This document shows, piece after piece, positions 8,425 through 20,009 of a DNA stretch of 63,060 nucleotides. Position numbers and translations under genes: made by a program. How positions within the stretch are numbered: the stretch's first letter is position 1; each line of letters begins with the position of its first letter. The DNA is from an uncultured Actinomycetes bacterium (GTDB lineage Bacteria > Actinomycetota > Actinomycetes > Nanopelagicales > Nanopelagicaceae), in contig CAIUIT010000081.1 in the NCBI GenBank assembly GCA_903899375.1, positions 1 to 63,060 of the forward strand. Reading direction: 5' to 3'. Under the pieces are notes generated by a model that did not search any database, was not told the DNA's origin, and worked only from the letters and a program-made list of their open reading frames with translations.

Positions 8425-10220
8425 CCTCCCATGAAGCATTCGGAAAGCGGATTCGCTATTTAGTTGGGGCCTTCCTCTTTATATTCTTTATCTTCGGAGT
8501 GCGATTAGTCGATGTGCAAGCGGTACAAGCCAGCGGATATGCCAAGCGGGCTGCTCATGAGATGGTTAATAGATCAGTATGGCTCGCTCCGCGTGGAACG
8601 ATCACCGATATCAATGGAATTGTCCTGGCGCGCAGTGAAGCGGCAAAGAACATCATTGTTGATCAGACGATGATTGCCGATCCTGCAACAACAGCGCAGG
8701 TAACGGCGGCTGCACTTGGAATGCCGGTTGCTGCCTTGCAAATACTCTTGACCGGAACGAAGCGCTATCAAGTGATTGAGAATGGCGTTGTACCTATTGT
8801 TTGGGACAATGTTCAGAGCGCTCTCACTACCTACAACACCCAGGTTGAAAAGAGCCCTGGAGGGCTAGGTAAACGCTTGGTGGGATTCTTTAGTGAGAAT
8901 GCATATACCAGGTCCTACCCAACTGGCGTGCTTGCCTCATCTTTAATTGGCTTAACAAACGCCGCTAATCAAGGGGCGGCTGGAATTGAAGCAAGCATGA
9001 ACACGGCGTTGACTGGTTCCAATGGAGAGTATGACTACGTTAATGGTGATGGAGCAATTATTCCTGGTTCACAACAATTCATTACTGCAGCAAAACCTGG
9101 AGCAGATATCAGACTTACAATTGAACGTGACATTCAATGGGTGGCGCAGGATGCAATCTCTGCTGCGGTGAAGAACGCCAAAGCGCTCTCAGGCACTGTC
9201 ATTGTTATGGACCCAAAGACTGGCGCCATATTGGCACAGGCCAGCGCACCAACCTTTAATCCTTCCAATCGTGCAAAAATCACGCTCGCCCAAATGAGCA
9301 ACCCTGCGGTACAAGATGTTTACGAACCAGGTTCAACTGGAAAGGTAATAACGGTCGCGGCTGCGCTCGAGCAGGGGACTACGACTCCAACGACGGTTTA
9401 TACCATTCCTAATACCCTGAAGATTGCCGGACGGACCTTCCATGATGACAAAAACCATCGCACCGAACATTTAACAACTGCCGGAGTTTTGGCCGTATCA
9501 AGCAACATCGGTGCCATTCAAATAGGAGGGACACTTTCAAACGATCTATTCTTCTCGTACCTACGAAAGTTTGGAATCGGACAAGCTACTGGCTCTAATC
9601 TCTCTGGAGAGTCCGCAGGCATCTTGCACCCTGTGTCGACGTGGTCACTTTCATCAGCTCCCACGATAGCTTTCGGCCAAGGATATTCAGTGACCGCGAT
9701 GCAAGCCACCGATGTTTTCGCAACTATTGCAAATAACGGAATTCGAGTTACGCCAAATGTGGTCGCAGGAACTGTTGATTCAAATGGCGTATACACACCA
9801 TCCCAACCTGGGCAGCAGGTTCAAGTTATTAGCGCTGATACCGCTACCAAGATCCGCACCATGTTGGAGGGAGTTGTCTCCAGCGAGGGAACTGCTCCGG
9901 CTGCCGAAATCCTTGGTTACAAGGTTGCTGGAAAAACCGGAACTGCCATGAGACATGATTCTCGCTGTGGCTGTTACCGCGGGTATACCGCTTCGTTCAT
10001 TGGAATGGCTCCAGCGGAAGCTCCCCGTTATGTTGTCAGTGTTGTTATTCAAAATCCGCAAGGCATGCACTTTGGTGGCGAAATTGCTGCACCAGTTTTT
10101 AAAAAGGTTATGAGCTTCGTTCTGCAGACCAAGCAGGTACAGCCGATTCCTTCCACGCAAAAACCTTATCCACTTACTCAGGCAGCTCTGCTTGCGGCTC
10201 CAGTTGCGGTGAAGCCATGA
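8421..10220 (+). CDS. ftsI: Class B penicillin-binding protein (septal peptidoglycan transpeptidase)
   Basis: 599 aa with an N-terminal TM anchor and transpeptidase motifs STGK, SSN and KTGT. The dcw position is conserved. Confidence 0.9.
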   Translation: MTSHEAFGKRIRYLVGAFLFIFFIFGVRLVDVQAVQASGYAKRAAHEMVNRSVWLAPRGTITDINGIVLARSEAAKNIIVDQTMIADPATTAQVTAAALGMPVAALQILLTGTKRYQVIENGVVPIVWDNVQSALTTYNTQVEKSPGGLGKRLVGFFSENAYTRSYPTGVLASSLIGLTNAANQGAAGIEASMNTALTGSNGEYDYVNGDGAIIPGSQQFITAAKPGADIRLTIERDIQWVAQDAISAAVKNAKALSGTVIVMDPKTGAILAQASAPTFNPSNRAKITLAQMSNPAVQDVYEPGSTGKVITVAAALEQGTTTPTTVYTIPNTLKIAGRTFHDDKNHRTEHLTTAGVLAVSSNIGAIQIGGTLSNDLFFSYLRKFGIGQATGSNLSGESAGILHPVSTWSLSSAPTIAFGQGYSVTAMQATDVFATIANNGIRVTPNVVAGTVDSNGVYTPSQPGQQVQVISADTATKIRTMLEGVVSSEGTAPAAEILGYKVAGKTGTAMRHDSRCGCYRGYTASFIGMAPAEAPRYVVSVVIQNPQGMHFGGEIAAPVFKKVMSFVLQTKQVQPIPSTQKPYPLTQAALLAAPVAVKP

Positions 10221-11722
10221 GTACCGAAAGCGCTTCTTTATCGCCCATCGCCGCCTTCGAAAAGAGCTTGGGAGAGCTGACGGATTTTGTAGGCATTGAA
10301 AAGGTTAAGCCAGATATTAAATTTACAGGCGTTACTCTCGATTCTCGCGCAGTTAATTCAGGTGATCTTTTCTTTGCACTCTCTGGAGGAAAAGCACATG
10401 GCGCTCACTTCGTGCATGATGCAATTGCGCGCGGAGCGGTCGTGATCGTTACAGATCCTTTGGGCGCTCAATTGATCAAAGACTCCGTTCCTATACTTAT
10501 ATTGGATGACCCGCGTTCATGGGTTGGTGCAATTGCTTCATGGTTCTATCACAGCCCCTTTGACGCAGTGGATGCAGTGGGAATCACAGGCACGAACGGC
10601 AAGACCACTACTGCGGCCTTGGTGGAAGAGATTTGGCGTTTGGATGGCCGCACAACCGGCTTCATAGGAACAATTGGAATCATGATTTGTGGTGAAGAAT
10701 TTGCCGCCAGATTTACCACTCCCGAGGGAACAGATCTACAGGCGATCGTTGCAACCATGAGGGAACGGCACGTGCGGAATTTAGTCATGGAGGTCAGTAG
10801 TCATGCACTGGCACTGCGTCGGGTAGCTGGAGCGCACTTTAAAGTGGTGGGATTTACAAATTTAACGCAAGATCATTTAGATTTTCATGGTGATATGGAG
10901 AGTTATTTCCGGGCGAAGAAACGTTTATTCACCTCGGAATATGCCGATAGCGCCGTTGTAAATATCGATGATCCTCATGGGTTGCAACTTTTTGCTGATG
11001 CTCAAATACCTACCAAATCCCTGTCTCGTTCTAATAAGAAAGCTGATTGGTATTACGAAGGCTTCGACACAGCCCTTTCAGGTACTGGTTACGAAATAGT
11101 CATACGTGGTCCTGGTGGCATTCTCATCGAAGGGCACCTTCCCCTCCTAGGACTTCACAATTTGGATAATGCTTTGCTAGCGATCGCCCTCGCCATAGAA
11201 AGTGGCGTCGATCCAGTTGCCATCTCTTATTACATGCGCGCGCTCACGGCACCGGTAGGTCGACTGGAGCCGGTAATTGTGGGTCAAAAATTCTTAGCTC
11301 TCATAGATTATGCGCACACACCTGATGCGGTGAGTCGTGCATTGTCAACGGCTCGATCAATCACTACAGGCCGGGTTATTGCCGTACTCGGGTGTGGCGG
11401 GGATCGAGATAAGACAAAACGTCCGTTGATGGGAGAAGCCCTAAGGGCTGGATCAGATTTAGCCATTTTTACCTCGGATAATCCGCGCAGTGAAGATCCA
11501 CTCCAAATTCTCATTGAGATGGTGGGAGATATCCGCAGCGAGCACGATCTGGTGGAACCTGATCGACGTAGTGCAATTGCACTCGCCGTGCTTGAAGCGG
11601 AAGCGGGAGATTGCGTTATTGTTCTTGGAAAGGGACACGAACGTGGCCAGGAAATCAAAGGAACTAAATTTCCCTTTGATGACCGGATCGAATTGGCTCG
11701 AGCAATTGAGGAGCTAGCATGA
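10217..11722 (+). CDS. murE: UDP-N-acetylmuramoyl-tripeptide synthetase
   Basis: Mur ligase P-loop (GITGTNGKTTT), DNPR motif near the C-terminus, conserved position in the cluster. Confidence 0.92.
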   Translation: MSTESASLSPIAAFEKSLGELTDFVGIEKVKPDIKFTGVTLDSRAVNSGDLFFALSGGKAHGAHFVHDAIARGAVVIVTDPLGAQLIKDSVPILILDDPRSWVGAIASWFYHSPFDAVDAVGITGTNGKTTTAALVEEIWRLDGRTTGFIGTIGIMICGEEFAARFTTPEGTDLQAIVATMRERHVRNLVMEVSSHALALRRVAGAHFKVVGFTNLTQDHLDFHGDMESYFRAKKRLFTSEYADSAVVNIDDPHGLQLFADAQIPTKSLSRSNKKADWYYEGFDTALSGTGYEIVIRGPGGILIEGHLPLLGLHNLDNALLAIALAIESGVDPVAISYYMRALTAPVGRLEPVIVGQKFLALIDYAHTPDAVSRALSTARSITTGRVIAVLGCGGDRDKTKRPLMGEALRAGSDLAIFTSDNPRSEDPLQILIEMVGDIRSEHDLVEPDRRSAIALAVLEAEAGDCVIVLGKGHERGQEIKGTKFPFDDRIELARAIEELA

Positions 11723-13110
11723 TTGCGTTAACCGTCGCAGAAATTGCGGAAATAATCGATGCACAGATCGTAGAACTCGACCCAGCGATGGTAATCACCC
11801 AGAGCCCAGAAATAGATTCTCGCAAAGTAGAAGAAGGCTCCTTCTTTGTGGCGCTGCCTGGTGAGCGCGTAGATGGAAATTCTTACGCTCAAGAGGCGAT
11901 AGCGAATGGTGCGCGCTTTGCCATAACCACAATTAATTTAGGAATTCCTTCATTCGTCGTTGCAGATTCTGCCGTGGCTCTAACTACCTTGGCCACCGTG
12001 GTGCGTGAGCGGATGAATCGATGCACCTTTATTGGCATCACCGGTTCTCATGGAAAGACCACAACAAAAGATTTATTGGGACATATCCTTCCCATCATGG
12101 GGGAGTGCACTGTTCCCAGTGGATCTTTCAATAATGAGATCGGCGTTCCTATTACTATCTTGCGCTGTACGGATTCGACACGTTTTTGCGTCGTTGAAAT
12201 GGGCGCGCGACATACTGGAGATATCACTGCACTGTGTGCCATTGCCAAACCTCACATTGGCGTTGTCCTGGTGGTTGGAAGCGCACATTTAGGTGAGTTT
12301 GGAAGTCGCGAAGCGATTGCCAAGGCCAAGGGAGAATTGATTGATGCGCTTCCAGAGCATGGCATAGCGATACTTGGAGAATATGATTCGTTAACGCCGC
12401 ATATGGGCGAAGGAAGTGGCCGTAAGAGAATTACCTTCGGCGAGAAGAGCACGAGCAATGTGAGGGCTGCAGATTTAGAGTTCCGTGAAGGCCTAGCGCA
12501 CTTTGACCTCGTGAGTGATTCTGGCCGTGCCCCCGTGGCACTGCGACTCCTGGGCGCCCATCAAGTTGCTAATGCATTGGCTGCAGCTGCAGTAGCGTTG
12601 GAAGTAGGCATCTCTATTGAATCAGTGGCTGCTGCGCTATCTACGGCCGAACCTCGGAGCAAGTGGCGCATGGAGCTCCATGATGTGGATGAGCTGTTGC
12701 TCATCAATGACTCGTATAACGCAAACCCAGAGAGCATGCAGGCGGCGCTGCGCACCCTAGTTCTTTTGACTCAAGAGCGGGGTGGTTCCTCTTGGGCCGT
12801 GCTCGGGAAAATGCATGAACTCGGCGAGTCAGAACGAGAAGAGCATCTGCGAATTGGCAGACTCGCCTCTAAGTTGGGGGTGGATCATTTGGTTGCTGTT
12901 GGCACAGAGCTCTATCTCGATGGGCTCGAACTCGATCCGAGCGCTGGAGATGAGATGCTAACCCACTACTTCTTGACGCAAGAAGAGGCGTTAGAAATGT
13001 TGATTCACGTTCAACGCGGGGATGTCCTTTTGGTCAAAGCATCGCGAGCGGAGCACCTTGATGAGCTTGCAGAAAAACTATTAGCAAATTGGCAGGTTGG
13101 AGAAGAATGA
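11719..13110 (+). CDS. murF: UDP-N-acetylmuramoyl-tripeptide--D-alanyl-D-alanine ligase
   Basis: Mur ligase P-loop ([13 protein letters not shown]), NDSYNANP motif, conserved position in the cluster. Confidence 0.92.
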   Translation: MIALTVAEIAEIIDAQIVELDPAMVITQSPEIDSRKVEEGSFFVALPGERVDGNSYAQEAIANGARFAITTINLGIPSFVVADSAVALTTLATVVRERMNRCTFIGITGSHGKTTTKDLLGHILPIMGECTVPSGSFNNEIGVPITILRCTDSTRFCVVEMGARHTGDITALCAIAKPHIGVVLVVGSAHLGEFGSREAIAKAKGELIDALPEHGIAILGEYDSLTPHMGEGSGRKRITFGEKSTSNVRAADLEFREGLAHFDLVSDSGRAPVALRLLGAHQVANALAAAAVALEVGISIESVAAALSTAEPRSKWRMELHDVDELLLINDSYNANPESMQAALRTLVLLTQERGGSSWAVLGKMHELGESEREEHLRIGRLASKLGVDHLVAVGTELYLDGLELDPSAGDEMLTHYFLTQEEALEMLIHVQRGDVLLVKASRAEHLDELAEKLLANWQVGEE

Positions 13111-14177
13111 AAGAGATCCTGCTAGCGGGCACAATTTCCACGCTCTTGAGTTTTGCACTCACTCCTATTTTCATTCGCTTTCAGGCTGCCCGTGGTTATG
13201 GGCAGCAGATCCGGGATGATGGCCCCACCAGCCACCATGTAAAACGTGGTACCCCAACGATGGGTGGAGTCGTCCTCCTAGTCGCTGCGGTTTTAGGTTA
13301 TTTCGGATCACACCTTGTTAATGGGGTGCGCGTCAGTGCTTCGGCGCTCTTGGTGATTGGTTTAGTTCTGGGATTGGGATTTGTTGGCCTCCTAGATGAT
13401 TGGCTGAAGATCGTTAAGCAGCGTTCCCTCGGATTGCGCGCAAAGCAAAAGCTTGCTGGGCAAGCGCTAGTAGCGGGTGGCTTTGCCTTTGCCGGACTGC
13501 ATTTCAAAGATAGTTTCAAGTTAACGCCAATTTCTTTTCACCTTTCGACGGTTCGTGATACCTCACTCGCTCTGGGCACCGTTTTTGTCATTATCTGGGT
13601 GGTCTTTCTGGTCCTGGGTACAAGCAATGGGGTCAACCTCACCGATGGTCTAGACGGATTAGCGAGCGGGACATCGATCATGACGCTTCTCTCCTTTGTG
13701 GTTATAGGCGTCTGGGAATTTCGTCAGAGTTGTGGCCTCGGAAATGTCGAAGTATTAACGTCAAAGTGTTACGTGGTGCGAGACCCGCTTGATCTCGCCG
13801 TTTTGGCTGCCGCTTTTGCTGGCTCGTGTGCTGGATTCCTTTGGTGGAATACCTCACCTGCCCGCATCTTTATGGGGGATGTTGGATCACTTGCATTGGG
13901 TGGAGCGATCGCGGGCCTTGCAATTACTTTGCGAATTGAGATGTTACTCGCCGCACTGGGCGGACTCTTTGTCATCATCACTATGTCAGTGATCATTCAA
14001 ACGTTGTATTTCAAGGCTTCGGGCGGGAAAAGGGTATTTAGAATGGCGCCCTTGCAACATCACTTCGAACTATTAGGCTGGGCTGAAGTGACAATCGTCA
14101 TTAGGTTCTGGATCATCGCGGGTCTGAGTGTGGCAGCCGGACTCGGCCTCTTTTATGCGCAGTGGGTGACCTCTTAA
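13107..14177 (+). CDS. mraY: Phospho-N-acetylmuramoyl-pentapeptide transferase
   Basis: Polytopic membrane protein with [10 protein letters not shown] and [11 protein letters not shown] motifs. The ATG at 13107 gives an ATGA overlap with the murF stop and is preferred over the listed 13089. Confidence 0.92.
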   Translation: MKEILLAGTISTLLSFALTPIFIRFQAARGYGQQIRDDGPTSHHVKRGTPTMGGVVLLVAAVLGYFGSHLVNGVRVSASALLVIGLVLGLGFVGLLDDWLKIVKQRSLGLRAKQKLAGQALVAGGFAFAGLHFKDSFKLTPISFHLSTVRDTSLALGTVFVIIWVVFLVLGTSNGVNLTDGLDGLASGTSIMTLLSFVVIGVWEFRQSCGLGNVEVLTSKCYVVRDPLDLAVLAAAFAGSCAGFLWWNTSPARIFMGDVGSLALGGAIAGLAITLRIEMLLAALGGLFVIITMSVIIQTLYFKASGGKRVFRMAPLQHHFELLGWAEVTIVIRFWIIAGLSVAAGLGLFYAQWVTS

Positions 14178-15530
14178 ATGTCATTCATGCATGAACTGTC
14201 GGCCAAGAACGTAGCAATCATTGGCGCTGGAGTGACAGGTTCTGCTCTCTTAGATTTCTTTATTACTCGGGGCATCAACGCAGATTTGTACGATGAGAAG
14301 GCTCCGGGCGCACTGCGCGAAGTGAACTCTGCTTATGATTTAGCTGTTGTCTCGCCTGGCTGGCGGACCGATCACCCCATCATTGTTGCTCTAGAAACCA
14401 CCGGCTGTGAGATCTTAAGCGAGATAGATTTTTCATGGAAGGTAAAGGAGGATATTGCCCCCGACCAGAAGTGGATTGCTCTTACAGGTACAAATGGAAA
14501 GACCACCACTATCCAGATGGTGCAATCGATCTTTGATTACAGCACCAAAAGCGGTATCGCATGTGGAAATGTTGGCGAACCTGTTATCTCAGTGCTTGCT
14601 TCAGGTGAAAAATTCGATTATCTAGCTCTGGAATTATCTTCTTTCCAATTGCAATGGAGCAAACTTCCCCGCTATGAAGCGGTCGCACTCCTTAATATTG
14701 CCCCTGATCACATCGATTGGCATGGCTCTTTCGATCAGTACGCTCTGGCAAAGTTACGGCTTCTAGATGCTGGTTCGGTTGCGATCATCAATGGGCAAGA
14801 TACTGAAAGTGTCATCAGATCGACCTCGTGGTCGGGCAGAAAAATCTTCTACAATCTCGATACTCCGCAAGCCGGAGAATTAGGGCTAGTTGAAAACCTT
14901 CTGGTAGATCGTGCGTTTACCTCTGACCCATCACGTGCCGTTGATTTTGCTGAGCTTTCAGATATTCATCCCGCAGTACCCCATAATGTTTCAAATGCTA
15001 TGGCCGCTGCTGGTCTGGCACTTGCAATTGGAATTTCTCACGAAGAGATCAGGACGGGGTTGCAGAACTTCACGCTAGATCGCCATCGCCTTGAGGTTGT
15101 ACTTGAAAAAGAAGGCATTACCTGGGTAAATGATTCCAAGGCAACAAATCCTCATGCAGCAGCCGCAGCGCTGCTCTCTCATATATCTTCCATTTGGATC
15201 GCTGGCGGTTTGGCAAAGGGCGCCGAAATGGGACCGCTTATCGAACGTTGTGCCTTACGTATTAAGGCGGCCATTCTGATTGGTCAAGATGCGCCTATCA
15301 TCGCGACCGCTCTTTCAAAGTTCGCGCCACAGATTCCTTATTACATCATGCCCTTCAACGGAGATTCTCTAGAATTAATGCGCGATGTGGTGACGCAAGC
15401 ACAAGAGTTGGCGAAAAGCGGAGACACTGTGCTTTTAGCTCCTGCGTGTGCATCGATGGACCAATTTGAAGATTACGCAGATCGCGGCGAGAAATTTGTA
15501 GAAATGGTGCGGGAGGTGGTTGGGCGATGA
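14178..15530 (+). CDS. murD: UDP-N-acetylmuramoylalanine--D-glutamate ligase
   Basis: N-terminal Rossmann motif (IIGAGVTG), Mur ligase P-loop (LTGTNGKTTT), conserved position in the cluster. Confidence 0.92.
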   Translation: MSFMHELSAKNVAIIGAGVTGSALLDFFITRGINADLYDEKAPGALREVNSAYDLAVVSPGWRTDHPIIVALETTGCEILSEIDFSWKVKEDIAPDQKWIALTGTNGKTTTIQMVQSIFDYSTKSGIACGNVGEPVISVLASGEKFDYLALELSSFQLQWSKLPRYEAVALLNIAPDHIDWHGSFDQYALAKLRLLDAGSVAIINGQDTESVIRSTSWSGRKIFYNLDTPQAGELGLVENLLVDRAFTSDPSRAVDFAELSDIHPAVPHNVSNAMAAAGLALAIGISHEEIRTGLQNFTLDRHRLEVVLEKEGITWVNDSKATNPHAAAAALLSHISSIWIAGGLAKGAEMGPLIERCALRIKAAILIGQDAPIIATALSKFAPQIPYYIMPFNGDSLELMRDVVTQAQELAKSGDTVLLAPACASMDQFEDYADRGEKFVEMVREVVGR

Positions 15531-16714
15531 GTATCAAAGAACCAACCCGCCGCGAAAAATACTCGAATTATCTTCAACGGTCTGATGCTCCCTATTACAT
15601 GATTCTAGGATCTCTGACCTTCCTATCGGGGTTAGGTATCGTGATGGTGTTGTCGGCTTCCAGCGTCGTCTCGTTACAGCAATCGGGCTCTACGTACTCA
15701 ATCTTCTTTAAGCAGTTGCTCTTCTTTGCAGTATCAATTGTCACCGTACTTGTGGTTTCGAATTGGAAAACGCGCGTGTGGGAACGCATTACACGTTATT
15801 CCTTTGTGCTCTCATTCCTTGCGCTCTGTCTTCCGCTCATCCCTGGTATTAAATTAACTGTAAATGGGAATACCAACTGGATTCACTTTGCAGGTTTCAC
15901 AATGCAGCCTTCGGAGTTTGCAAAACTTGGGTTGATCTTGTGGTGTTCTGGTCAACTCCGCAAATTCGATGAAACGGTCGTCAATCGCTCTGCAATGCGC
16001 CACGTCGGTTTTGTGCTCTCGGGAACACTGCCGCTTGTTCTCTTAATTCTCAAAGGCGGCGACTTGGGCACTACCGTTATCATCTTAGGCGTCGTTTCTA
16101 CGATGCTCTTTGTGAGTGGACTTCCTTTGCGTCACTTCATCCTCTTGGGATTGTTAGCGGTTGCAGGCGTTGTTGGAATGGTCGCGTTGGCGCCGTATCG
16201 CCTGCATCGCTTCGCCGCAGTCTTGAATCCTTTTGCCCCTGCGGTTTATAAATTAGCGGGCTGGCAACCTGCACACTCCGTGATGGGGTTGGCGAGCGGT
16301 GGCCTCTTTGGTGTGGGACTGGGAGCGAGCCGGCAGAAGTGGGGCAATCTCTCAGAAGCCCATACTGATTTCATATTTGCAGTTATTGGCGAGGAGTTAG
16401 GTCTGCTTGGCACCTTGGTCGTCCTCGCTCTTTATGCCGCCCTTATTTATGGGATCTTCCGCACAGCAATGCAGACTAAGGATCTTTTCTCTCGGTATGC
16501 CTGCGCAGGCGTTGGAGCTTGGTTGATGATGCAGGTGATCATCAACGTGGGTTCTGTCATCGGCGTTCTACCTGTAGTTGGCGTGACTCTTCCCTTCATA
16601 AGTTATGGGGGCTCTTCCTTGATAGCCAATTTCTTAGGGGTGGGCTATGTCCTTAACGTCTCACGTAAAGATCCAAGAGTTCGAGCTGCTATTAAGTCGC
16701 GTAAGAGGGCATAG
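15527..16714 (+). CDS. ftsW: SEDS-family peptidoglycan glycosyltransferase FtsW
   Basis: 395 aa polytopic SEDS protein (QPSEFAKL, HTDFIFA motifs). It lies between murD and murG. Confidence 0.9.
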   Translation: MSIKEPTRREKYSNYLQRSDAPYYMILGSLTFLSGLGIVMVLSASSVVSLQQSGSTYSIFFKQLLFFAVSIVTVLVVSNWKTRVWERITRYSFVLSFLALCLPLIPGIKLTVNGNTNWIHFAGFTMQPSEFAKLGLILWCSGQLRKFDETVVNRSAMRHVGFVLSGTLPLVLLILKGGDLGTTVIILGVVSTMLFVSGLPLRHFILLGLLAVAGVVGMVALAPYRLHRFAAVLNPFAPAVYKLAGWQPAHSVMGLASGGLFGVGLGASRQKWGNLSEAHTDFIFAVIGEELGLLGTLVVLALYAALIYGIFRTAMQTKDLFSRYACAGVGAWLMMQVIINVGSVIGVLPVVGVTLPFISYGGSSLIANFLGVGYVLNVSRKDPRVRAAIKSRKRA

Positions 16715-16716
16715 GA

Positions 16717-17787
16717 GTGAGCACCATATTCTTCGCAGGAGCCGGTACGGCGGGCCACGTCGAACCCGCACTTGCGGTTGCACGCTGGTTGCGAGAAAAC
16801 CATCCAGAAATTGATTCTCACTTTATTGGGACAAGTGAAGGCGTAGAGAATGCACTTGTACCTCCTGCGAAATTTCCCTTACACATCATCAATAAGGCGC
16901 CATTTCCGCGCCGCTTGGATAAAGATCTCCTGACCTGGCCATGGAGGTTTAGACAGACTTTGCTTCAAACCAGAGAGTTAATTGCGAAGGCAGATCTCGT
17001 AATTGGATTTGGTGGGTATGTTGCAGCACCGGTTTATCTCACTGCGCGCCGCGCGGGGATTCCGATTGTTGCCCACGAGGCAAATGCCAAGATGGGTATG
17101 GCGAATAAATTGGCGCTGCGCTGTGGTGCGCTCATGCTGCGCGCCTTTGGAGAGGATTCGCCAGAACGAGTCGGAATTCCAATGCGCAAGGAGATCCTAG
17201 AGCTAGCCGCATTGGATTTGAAAGCTCGTCGTAGCGCCCGCGAGGTGGCTCTTCGCGCCATGAACTTGGATCCTGACACTAAAACGATCCTGGTCTTTGG
17301 TGGATCTTTGGGCTCAATGAAGTTCAATGAAACCATTGCACAGTCGCAAGTTGAAATTTCTCGTCGGGGTTATCAAATAATTCATGCTGTAGGGGCAAAG
17401 AATGAATTGCCGCTGGCACAAGCCGGGTACTTTCCACTGCGATATATCGACGACATGGCCAGAGCGTATGCAGCGAGCGACATTGTCATCTCTCGCAGTG
17501 GAGCGGTGACGGTTACAGAGGTCGGCATTTTGGGTATTTATAGCCTCTTCGTCCCACTACCAATAGGCAATGGTGAGCAGAGTGAAAATGCAAAAGTAGT
17601 CACGGCCAAAGGCGGAGGCGAGCTAGTAAGCAATGCAGAGTTCACTTCTAACTGGTTACTCTCTCACATCGATCAACTAGTGATGAACGCCGAAAAATGG
17701 AGATCCTCTGGGCGGCGCATGGATTTTCCCCTCAACGCTAGCGAAGAAATAGCTCGCCGATCTCTGAAAGTATTAGCTCATGAGTAA
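16717..17787 (+). CDS. murG: Lipid II synthase (UDP-GlcNAc transferase)
   Basis: N-terminal GAGTAGHVEPALAVA motif, GT28 family architecture, conserved position in the cluster. Confidence 0.92.
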   Translation: MSTIFFAGAGTAGHVEPALAVARWLRENHPEIDSHFIGTSEGVENALVPPAKFPLHIINKAPFPRRLDKDLLTWPWRFRQTLLQTRELIAKADLVIGFGGYVAAPVYLTARRAGIPIVAHEANAKMGMANKLALRCGALMLRAFGEDSPERVGIPMRKEILELAALDLKARRSAREVALRAMNLDPDTKTILVFGGSLGSMKFNETIAQSQVEISRRGYQIIHAVGAKNELPLAQAGYFPLRYIDDMARAYAASDIVISRSGAVTVTEVGILGIYSLFVPLPIGNGEQSENAKVVTAKGGGELVSNAEFTSNWLLSHIDQLVMNAEKWRSSGRRMDFPLNASEEIARRSLKVLAHE

Positions 17788-19171
17788 CGTGCAGAAACTC
17801 GCTGGTAAGCGGATCCACTTTGTAGGGATCGGCGGAGCGGGTATGTCAGGCATCGCTCGCATCATGCTCTCTCAGGGGCTTTCGATTAGTGGAAGTGATG
17901 TTAAGGAGAGTTCAATCACTCAATCTTTGGCATCGCTCGGAGCACAGATCTTCATCGGGCATAACACTGCCAACGTTGAAGGGATCGATCTCTTGATTAC
18001 CTCTGGGGCGATATCATCGAGCAACCCTGAACTTCTTGCGGCGCAAGAGCTAGGGATTGAAACGATAACTCGCGCTCAAGCGCTCGCGATTCTTATGGAG
18101 GGCAAGCGGTCGATCGCCGTTGCAGGAACACACGGTAAGACCACCACGACCTCGATGCTGACTGTCGCGTTGCAGCGCGCAGGACTTGATCCATCATTCG
18201 CTATTGGTGGCTTGATTAATAGCTCTGGGGTCAATGCCCATTTGGGCAGCGGGGATATATTTATCGCCGAAGCGGATGAATCAGATGGGTCATTTACTGC
18301 CTACCATCCCCTGGGCGCAATTATTACAAATCTTGAACTCGATCACGTGGATCACTTTGCATCGATCGAAGATTTGTACCAGATATTTATTGAATTCATC
18401 GCCACGATTGCGCCCGACGGCTTTGTCATTGCATGTACAGATGATCCTGGAGTGGTCGAACTTCTATCCCGCATAACCCGCACGGATTTATCAATTATTA
18501 GCTACGGCGCGAAGGATGCAGAGTACGACATATCAAGAGTGTTGCTTGAACCAGCATCTTCGTTCGCGCGTATTACCAAGAATGGCAAGGTACTTCCAGA
18601 ATTACATTTAACCATTCCCGGTCTCCACAATGTCTTCAATGCCACGGCAGCTTTGGCTGCAGGAGAACGTTTAGGAGCGAGCATCCCAGAGTTATTGCAT
18701 GGTCTGGAATCTTTTAGCGGTTCTCGTCGACGTTTTGAACACAAAGGCAAGGTGCATGGAATAGAAGTTATAGATGACTATGGCCATCATCCCACCGAAA
18801 TAAGGGTAACTCTGGAAACTGCAAAGGCTTATGCAACACCTGGGCGGGTTATCGTGGTTTTTCAACCACACCGTTTTTCGCGCACACAAGCATTTTTTGC
18901 AGAGTTTGCGAGATCACTCGAGCTCGCAGATCGGGCCTTCGTTCTTGAGGTTTATCCAGCCAGCGAAACGCCAATTCCCGGAGTGACATCGCAATTGATT
19001 ACTAGAGCTTCGAGTAGCGGCACAATCTTTCATGAGCCTTCCATGCTTAGTGTCGTGCGTGATGTTCTCGAAATTGCTGAACCTGGAGATGTCATCATGA
19101 CGCTTGGAGCGGGGGACGTTAACTCTCTTGCCCCAGTGATCGTTCAGGCGCTCGAAGAGAGATATGCGTAA
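17780..19171 (+). CDS. murC: UDP-N-acetylmuramate--L-alanine ligase
   Basis: HFVGIGGAGMSGIA and GTHGKTTTTSM motifs, conserved position in the cluster. Confidence 0.92.
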   Translation: MSNVQKLAGKRIHFVGIGGAGMSGIARIMLSQGLSISGSDVKESSITQSLASLGAQIFIGHNTANVEGIDLLITSGAISSSNPELLAAQELGIETITRAQALAILMEGKRSIAVAGTHGKTTTTSMLTVALQRAGLDPSFAIGGLINSSGVNAHLGSGDIFIAEADESDGSFTAYHPLGAIITNLELDHVDHFASIEDLYQIFIEFIATIAPDGFVIACTDDPGVVELLSRITRTDLSIISYGAKDAEYDISRVLLEPASSFARITKNGKVLPELHLTIPGLHNVFNATAALAAGERLGASIPELLHGLESFSGSRRRFEHKGKVHGIEVIDDYGHHPTEIRVTLETAKAYATPGRVIVVFQPHRFSRTQAFFAEFARSLELADRAFVLEVYPASETPIPGVTSQLITRASSSGTIFHEPSMLSVVRDVLEIAEPGDVIMTLGAGDVNSLAPVIVQALEERYA

Positions 19172-19859
19172 ACGTCGCTACCGCAATGCACCGGGAATTC
19201 TCCTTGCGGTCTTACTCATCGGATTGCTGGGGTATTTACTTGGCTGGTCCAAAGCGCTAGAGATTCACTCGATAGAGATATCGGCCTCTGGAAACGAAGC
19301 CATTGTTTCACCATTAATCATTCCGAAAGATTTGCATGTTGGACTTCCAATGGCTCGTGTTAGTTCACAGCGGATTGTTCATGACCTCTCTGAGCTCCCG
19401 TGGGTAGATAAGGTCACGGTGAATAGGCGCTGGTTAGCCCATGATGTTCGAATTACAATCACCGCGCACCACCCAATCGCGCAATATGTCGATACCCAAG
19501 GAACGTCTGAATATTTCGATGCGCAGGGCTACAACTTCACCTCTCCTAATCCACCCGCGGGAATTCCCTTCATCGACTTTGCCCTTGCTGGAACCGATTC
19601 ACGGGCAGCCATAGCAACGTTTCTGTCACAAACCCCAGCAGATCTCACAGCAAATCTCTTAAGTTTGGCGGTCGATCAAAGCAATCAAATTAATCTCACA
19701 ACATCGTTGCCGGGGTACAAACAATTGGCGATCACATGGGGAGCAACTACCGATATTGCTCTAAAAGTGCAGGTTTTACGCCACCTTTTGCTGCTTCCTG
19801 AAAATAAGAAAATTAATAGCGTCGATCTTTCCAATCCGTTATCTCCAATAGTTAAGTAA
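19164..19859 (+). CDS. ftsQ: Cell division protein FtsQ (POTRA domain)
   Basis: 231 aa with a basic N-terminus, one TM helix and an extracytoplasmic domain. It lies immediately upstream of ftsZ. Confidence 0.8.
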   Translation: MRKRRYRNAPGILLAVLLIGLLGYLLGWSKALEIHSIEISASGNEAIVSPLIIPKDLHVGLPMARVSSQRIVHDLSELPWVDKVTVNRRWLAHDVRITITAHHPIAQYVDTQGTSEYFDAQGYNFTSPNPPAGIPFIDFALAGTDSRAAIATFLSQTPADLTANLLSLAVDQSNQINLTTSLPGYKQLAITWGATTDIALKVQVLRHLLLLPENKKINSVDLSNPLSPIVK

Positions 19860-20009
19860 TTACTCTCAACGCCGCGTTTAGAGATTGCCTGCTCTGCTTA
19901 TCGTGTCGGTTATTGATTGCACTGGCGCTGAACCCTACTTTTACCGCATAAGAAGTGGGCAGCGCTTTAAGTCTCGACCTGAGATTTAGAGTCTTAGGAG
20001 AGGTATATC